From Vicinamibacterales bacterium (GTDB taxonomy: Bacteria > Acidobacteriota > Vicinamibacteria > Vicinamibacterales > UBA2999): a stretch of 64,000 nt of DNA. The stretch covers positions 68,659 to 132,658 of the forward strand of contig DASTBV010000155.1 in assembly GCA_035711805.1 (NCBI GenBank). The letters run 5' to 3'. The notes beneath the pieces are model-generated. The model saw nothing but the letters and a program-made list of their open reading frames with translations. It was not told where the DNA came from and did not search any database. Shown here piece after piece: positions 59,948-64,000 of the stretch. How positions within the stretch are numbered: position 1 is the first letter of the stretch; each line of letters opens with the position of its first letter. The position numbers were made by a program, and so were the translations under genes.

Positions 59948-60054
59948 CCCCGTGGATCGAGGTCGTGGAGCACGTTAGCGCCGATCGCGGCGGCCGTCGC
60001 GATCATCCTTCTCGTGATCTGCCTGGGCAGCAGACTTAGGCCGCTTGGAATGAC

Positions 60055-62685
60055 GTGACGTTTCGACCAGGCCAGACCGTCGGCAGATACGAAATCGTGG
60101 GGCTTCTCGGTGCCGGAGGCATGGGGGAGGTGTATCGCGCCCGCGATTTGACGCTGAAACGCGACATCGCGATCAAGATATTGCCCGACGCTTTTTCGAG
60201 GGATGCTGAACGCCTCTCACGATTTCGGCGCGAAGCCGAAGTGCTCGCAGCACTGAGCCATCCACACATCGCCACCATCTACGACTTTGGAGAGTTTGGC
60301 GATGGCCGTTTCCTGGCGCTCGAACTGGTCGAGGGCGAGACACTCGCGGATCGCCTGGTGCGAGGCCCGCTGACCCTCGATGAATCTCTACGAACGGGCA
60401 TCCAAATCGCACACGCGTTGGAAGCCGCTCACGGGAGAGGGATCACGCACCGGGATCTCAAACCTGCAAACATCCAACTGACGCCGGCCGGCGACGTGAA
60501 GGTTCTCGATTTCGGACTGGCCAAGGTCGCGACTGACACCGCCAACGTGTCCGACTCTCCCACGACGATGGCGGCAACTGCGCAAGGCATGATCGTGGGC
60601 ACGGTGCCATACATGTCGCCCGAGCACGTCAACGGAAAGGATGGGGGCAACGCCGCAGACATCTGGGCATTCGGATGTGTTCTCTTCGAGATGCTATCCG
60701 CGCGCCGCGCATTCGACGGCGATTCGGCCAGCGAGATCCTCGCGAGTGTGCTCAAGAGCGAGCCGGACTGGCGGCAGCTGCCGCCGATCCCTGACGGAAT
60801 CGCGAGGCTGATGCGACGGTGCTTGCGCAAGGATCGTACGCACAGGCTGCAATCCATCGGTGACGTGCGCATCGAACTTGAAGACGCACTCAGCGAGCCC
60901 AGCGTGGATACCAATCCGGTTTCACGCGGAACTCCCAAATGGGTCCATGCCGTAGCCGCCGTGCTCGCCTTGGCTGCGTTGATTACTGCGGTATCCGCTC
61001 TCACGGCCGCCCGACCGCCGACGGCTCCCGAAATGCGTCTCGAAATCAGCGGGCCCGCGACCACCAGTCCCGCCTCATTGGCCATCTCGCCCGATGGGCT
61101 TCAAGTCGTGTATCTGGCCGAGCTGGATCAGCGCCCGCAACTCTGGATCCGTCGATTGGACTCTGATGCGGCACGGCCGCTGCCTGGAACCGACTATGCG
61201 CAATTGCCATTCTGGTCGCCGGATAGCAAGTCCCTGGGATTTTTCGGGGGCGGCAAACTCAAACGACTCGAAATTGCCGGCGGATTTCCGAAAGACCTCG
61301 CGGACGCGCCTCAGGGTTATGGCGGTGCATGGAACGAGGGCGGCACCATCATCTTCTCTGCGGACAACCGTGACCTGTTTCGCATCTCTGCCGAGGGCGG
61401 CGAACCGACACAACTGACGCACCTCCAGCGTCCCCAGCAAACGTCCCATCGTCACCCTTGGTTCCTGCCGGATGGGCGTCACTTCCTGTACTTTGCGACC
61501 GGCCCTGAGGGTCGAGGCATCTATGTCGATTCGCTGGATGAATCCACGCCGAAGCGCTTACTCGGCACCGACACGGACGGGGGGCCGGCGCTCACATCCT
61601 CGGGGCAACTGCTCTTCGTCCGTAAGCGAGCACTCTTTGCTCAAGATCTGGATCCCAAATCACTCGTGTTGAAGGGGACTGCACTCCTGCTGGCTGAACC
61701 GGTGATTGCCGAGGGGACGACGGCGGCGTTCTCCGCATCGAGTGCCGGTCCCATCGTTTATCGCATGGGTTCGGAAGAGGCCGGCAAGCAGCTCATTTGG
61801 TTCGATCGATCCGGCAAGGAGATGGAGCGTGTCGGTAGCCACGACAGCGCCAATCTATGGATGTGGTCACTCTCACCCGATGGCCGCCGGGTCGCGATCA
61901 ATAGAACGGTCAAGGGCGATTTCGACGTCTGGTTGCTCGAAGCGAGACGCGGACTGTTGACGAGGTTTACTGTCGATCCAGGCTTCGACTGGGCCGGGGT
62001 CTGGTCGCCAGACAGCACACGGATCGCATATCGCCACGACGATCGGCTCTACGAAAGGTCCGTCGCGGGTGCTCCAGGAACTGAAACGCCTTTGTTGTCA
62101 TCGACGACAGTCGATACGCCAACGGACTGGTCGATCGACGGGCGCTACCTGGTGTTTCAGAGGGCCGGTCCGAAGACGGGTCTGGATCTCTGGGCCTTGC
62201 CGTTTGATCGCGATGGAAGACCGGGCACGCCCATCGTCGTGGCGCAGACTGACGCCGCTGAACAGCACGGCCAACTCTCGGCCGATGGAAAGTGGATCGC
62301 CTACCAGTCGAACGAGTCAGGCCAGGCCGAGATTTACGTCCAGCCATTCCCGGGCCCCGGACCGAAGTCGAGAGTCTCGACCAATGGCGGTATTCAGGTG
62401 CGATGGAGACTGGATGGTCGGGAGTTGTTCTACCTTGCCGCCGACGGCCGACTCATGGCCGTTCCGATTCGAGCTGGTTCGAGTGGTTCGACCATCGAAC
62501 CAGGTGCAGCCATCCCCCTCTTCTGGACCCATATGTCGGGGGCGGCACAATCCGATACCGTCTTGTTTCCGCAGTACAGCGTTTCACCTGATGGACAGCG
62601 GTTCCTCATGAACACCCTCTCTCAAGTGAACGCCGGTCCAATCACCGTCGTTCTCAATGGACGATTTCAGCCGTCGGCGCGATAA
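60055..62685 (+). CDS. Ser/Thr protein kinase + TM + TolB-like beta-propeller (paralog 2)
   Basis: GAGGMGEVYRARD, HRDLKPANI and DFGLAK motifs plus PD40-like repeats. GTG start. The kinase domain begins at the N-terminus. Confidence 0.9.
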   Translation: MTFRPGQTVGRYEIVGLLGAGGMGEVYRARDLTLKRDIAIKILPDAFSRDAERLSRFRREAEVLAALSHPHIATIYDFGEFGDGRFLALELVEGETLADRLVRGPLTLDESLRTGIQIAHALEAAHGRGITHRDLKPANIQLTPAGDVKVLDFGLAKVATDTANVSDSPTTMAATAQGMIVGTVPYMSPEHVNGKDGGNAADIWAFGCVLFEMLSARRAFDGDSASEILASVLKSEPDWRQLPPIPDGIARLMRRCLRKDRTHRLQSIGDVRIELEDALSEPSVDTNPVSRGTPKWVHAVAAVLALAALITAVSALTAARPPTAPEMRLEISGPATTSPASLAISPDGLQVVYLAELDQRPQLWIRRLDSDAARPLPGTDYAQLPFWSPDSKSLGFFGGGKLKRLEIAGGFPKDLADAPQGYGGAWNEGGTIIFSADNRDLFRISAEGGEPTQLTHLQRPQQTSHRHPWFLPDGRHFLYFATGPEGRGIYVDSLDESTPKRLLGTDTDGGPALTSSGQLLFVRKRALFAQDLDPKSLVLKGTALLLAEPVIAEGTTAAFSASSAGPIVYRMGSEEAGKQLIWFDRSGKEMERVGSHDSANLWMWSLSPDGRRVAINRTVKGDFDVWLLEARRGLLTRFTVDPGFDWAGVWSPDSTRIAYRHDDRLYERSVAGAPGTETPLLSSTTVDTPTDWSIDGRYLVFQRAGPKTGLDLWALPFDRDGRPGTPIVVAQTDAAEQHGQLSADGKWIAYQSNESGQAEIYVQPFPGPGPKSRVSTNGGIQVRWRLDGRELFYLAADGRLMAVPIRAGSSGSTIEPGAAIPLFWTHMSGAAQSDTVLFPQYSVSPDGQRFLMNTLSQVNAGPITVVLNGRFQPSAR

Positions 62686-62697
62686 CGACGACTGCGA

Positions 62698-62709
62698 GTA
62701 CCGGTACCA
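62698..62709 (+). repeat. 12-nt copy of the tRNA-Glu 3' end (att-like)
   Basis: GTACCGGTACCA lies 12 nt after the kinase stop. It is short, so weak alone but consistent with the series. Confidence 0.5.
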
Positions 62710-62751
62710 GAATTTCACTGCGCCGGCTGCTCTTATAATCGCGCCACGCCG

Positions 62752-64000
62752 ATGCCGCTCAGCCCCGGCGCCCCATTTGGACCATACGAGATCCTGGCAC
62801 CGCTCGGGGCGGGCGGGATGGGCCAGGTCTATCGCGCCCGCGACCTGACGCTGCAGCGGGACGTGGCTCTCAAGGTCCTGCCGGACGCGGTCGCGCGCGA
62901 CTCCGGCCGGCGTGCGCGTTTCGAGCGCGAGGCGCACGTTCTCGCGGCCCTCAATCATCCGCACATTGCCGCGATCTACGGCGTCGCCGAGAACCAAGGC
63001 GTCACGGCTCTCGTCCTGGAGCTGGTGGAAGGCCCCACCCTCGAACAGCGCCTGGCAGCCGGGGCGCTTCCGCTCGAGGAGACGGCGGCCATCGCACGTC
63101 AGGTTGCCGAGGCCCTCGAAGCCGCCCACGAAGCCGGCATCGTCCATCGCGACCTCAAACCCGCCAACATCAAGCTGCGGCCCGACGGCGCGGTGAAGGT
63201 GCTCGATTTCGGACTGGCGAAGGCGATCGAGGGCCACTCGGCCATTGCCGCCGAACGCTCGCACTTGCCGACAGCAGTCGCCGACGCCACTGCGGCGGGT
63301 CTGATTCTCGGCACCGCGGCCTACATGGCGCCCGAGCAAGCGCGCGGCCGGACGGTGGACAAGCGCGCGGATATCTGGGCGTTCGGTGTGGTGTTGTGGG
63401 AGATGCTGACCGGCCGCCCGCTCTTCCACGGCGAAACACTGACCGACACGCTTGCCGCCGTGCTCACGCGAGAAATCGATTGGAGCCTGTTGCCGGGTTC
63501 GACGCCGCCGGCTCTCGTGGACCTGCTGCGGCGCTGCCTCGAGCGCGATCCGAAGAAGCGGCTGCGTGACATCGGCGACGTCAGGCTCGACGCAGGCGCG
63601 CTGGCGCCGGTGTCAGCCGTCGGTCCGGCATCGTCAACCGCGCGGCGCTGGTGGCTGTGGGGACTGGCGATTGCTGCGGCACTCGTCGCCGGTGTCGCGA
63701 TCGGCCGGATCAGTCCGGGGGTGGAGACAGGTGCCCCGGCGCGGGAAGTGCGGTTCACGTTTCCGGCGGACAACCCGAGCTTCGCGGCGATCTCGCCGGA
63801 CGGGTCGATGGCCGTCGTGGCGTCGGGCGGCCCGCTGCGTGTGCGCGACCTCGCCGGTGTGTCGTTGCGAGAGCTGAGTGGCACGGACGGCGCGATCAAG
63901 CCGTTCTGGTCTCCCGACAGTCGAACGATCGGGTTTGGCCGGGCGGGCCGACTGTGGCGCGTGAGTACGACCGGAGACGCGCCGGTCGTCATCTGTGACC
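62752..64000 (+). CDS. Ser/Thr protein kinase + TM + TolB-like repeats (paralog 3; 3' end outside window)
   Basis: Not in the ORF track because it has no stop in the window. Hand translation gives MPLSPGAPFGPYEILAPLGAGGMGQVYRARD...HRDLKPANI...DFGLAK...FWSPDSRTIGF. A TATAAT lies at 62734-62739. Confidence 0.85.
   Translation, partial: MPLSPGAPFGPYEILAPLGAGGMGQVYRARDLTLQRDVALKVLPDAVARDSGRRARFEREAHVLAALNHPHIAAIYGVAENQGVTALVLELVEGPTLEQRLAAGALPLEETAAIARQVAEALEAAHEAGIVHRDLKPANIKLRPDGAVKVLDFGLAKAIEGHSAIAAERSHLPTAVADATAAGLILGTAAYMAPEQARGRTVDKRADIWAFGVVLWEMLTGRPLFHGETLTDTLAAVLTREIDWSLLPGSTPPALVDLLRRCLERDPKKRLRDIGDVRLDAGALAPVSAVGPASSTARRWWLWGLAIAAALVAGVAIGRISPGVETGAPAREVRFTFPADNPSFAAISPDGSMAVVASGGPLRVRDLAGVSLRELSGTDGAIKPFWSPDSRTIGFGRAGRLWRVSTTGDAPVVICD

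Overview
High-GC bacterial chromosomal window. The gene content suggests an Acidobacteriota-like organism (inference only): TolB-propeller Ser/Thr kinases with a PF07638-type ECF sigma, a HEAT-cyclophilin fusion and Omp85 fusion proteins. Positions 1-51.6 kb are densely packed housekeeping genes. They include a TonB-dependent receptor tail, tonB-exbB-exbD-exbD, the H+-pyrophosphatase gene, a DUF502 gene, uppP, tgt-yajC-secD-secF, ddl, a HEAT/cyclophilin protein, a deoxynucleoside kinase, accD-folC, lptD, an epimerase, a radical-SAM protein and a ClpA-like ATPase. They continue with thiC behind a TPP riboswitch plus an M32 carboxypeptidase, trxC, an envelope protease/Omp85 cluster, carbonic anhydrase, cytochrome c', a LigM-like O-demethylase plus bicupin, an M1 aminopeptidase, a HupE-like protein and a proline-racemase-like protein. 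Positions 51.6-64 kb are an accessory region anchored at tRNA-Glu(CUC). Four same-orientation copies of the tRNA 3' end split it into small cassettes: (1) hydrolase, TetR and a beta-lactamase remnant; (2) a SnoaL-like gene; (3) a lipoprotein, an ECF sigma and a kinase; (4) a small ORF and a kinase; a further kinase follows the last copy. No integrase is visible. The most interesting items are: (1) this tRNA-anchored nested att-like array carrying three paralogous kinase-TolB genes; (2) two tandem 16-codon Lys/Ala-rich micro-ORFs that differ only synonymously while their flanks are unrelated, one with a near-consensus promoter, a pseudoknot-capable leader and a strong terminator; (3) a co-oriented envelope cluster encoding a C39-like peptidase-TPR-POTRA-barrel fusion, an HExxH/TolB/Omp85 fusion, a PA2779-like anchored protein and a lipoprotein. 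Several families of palindromic and short tandem intergenic repeats are also present. All homology calls come from reading the translated ORFs and motifs by eye; no database search was run.
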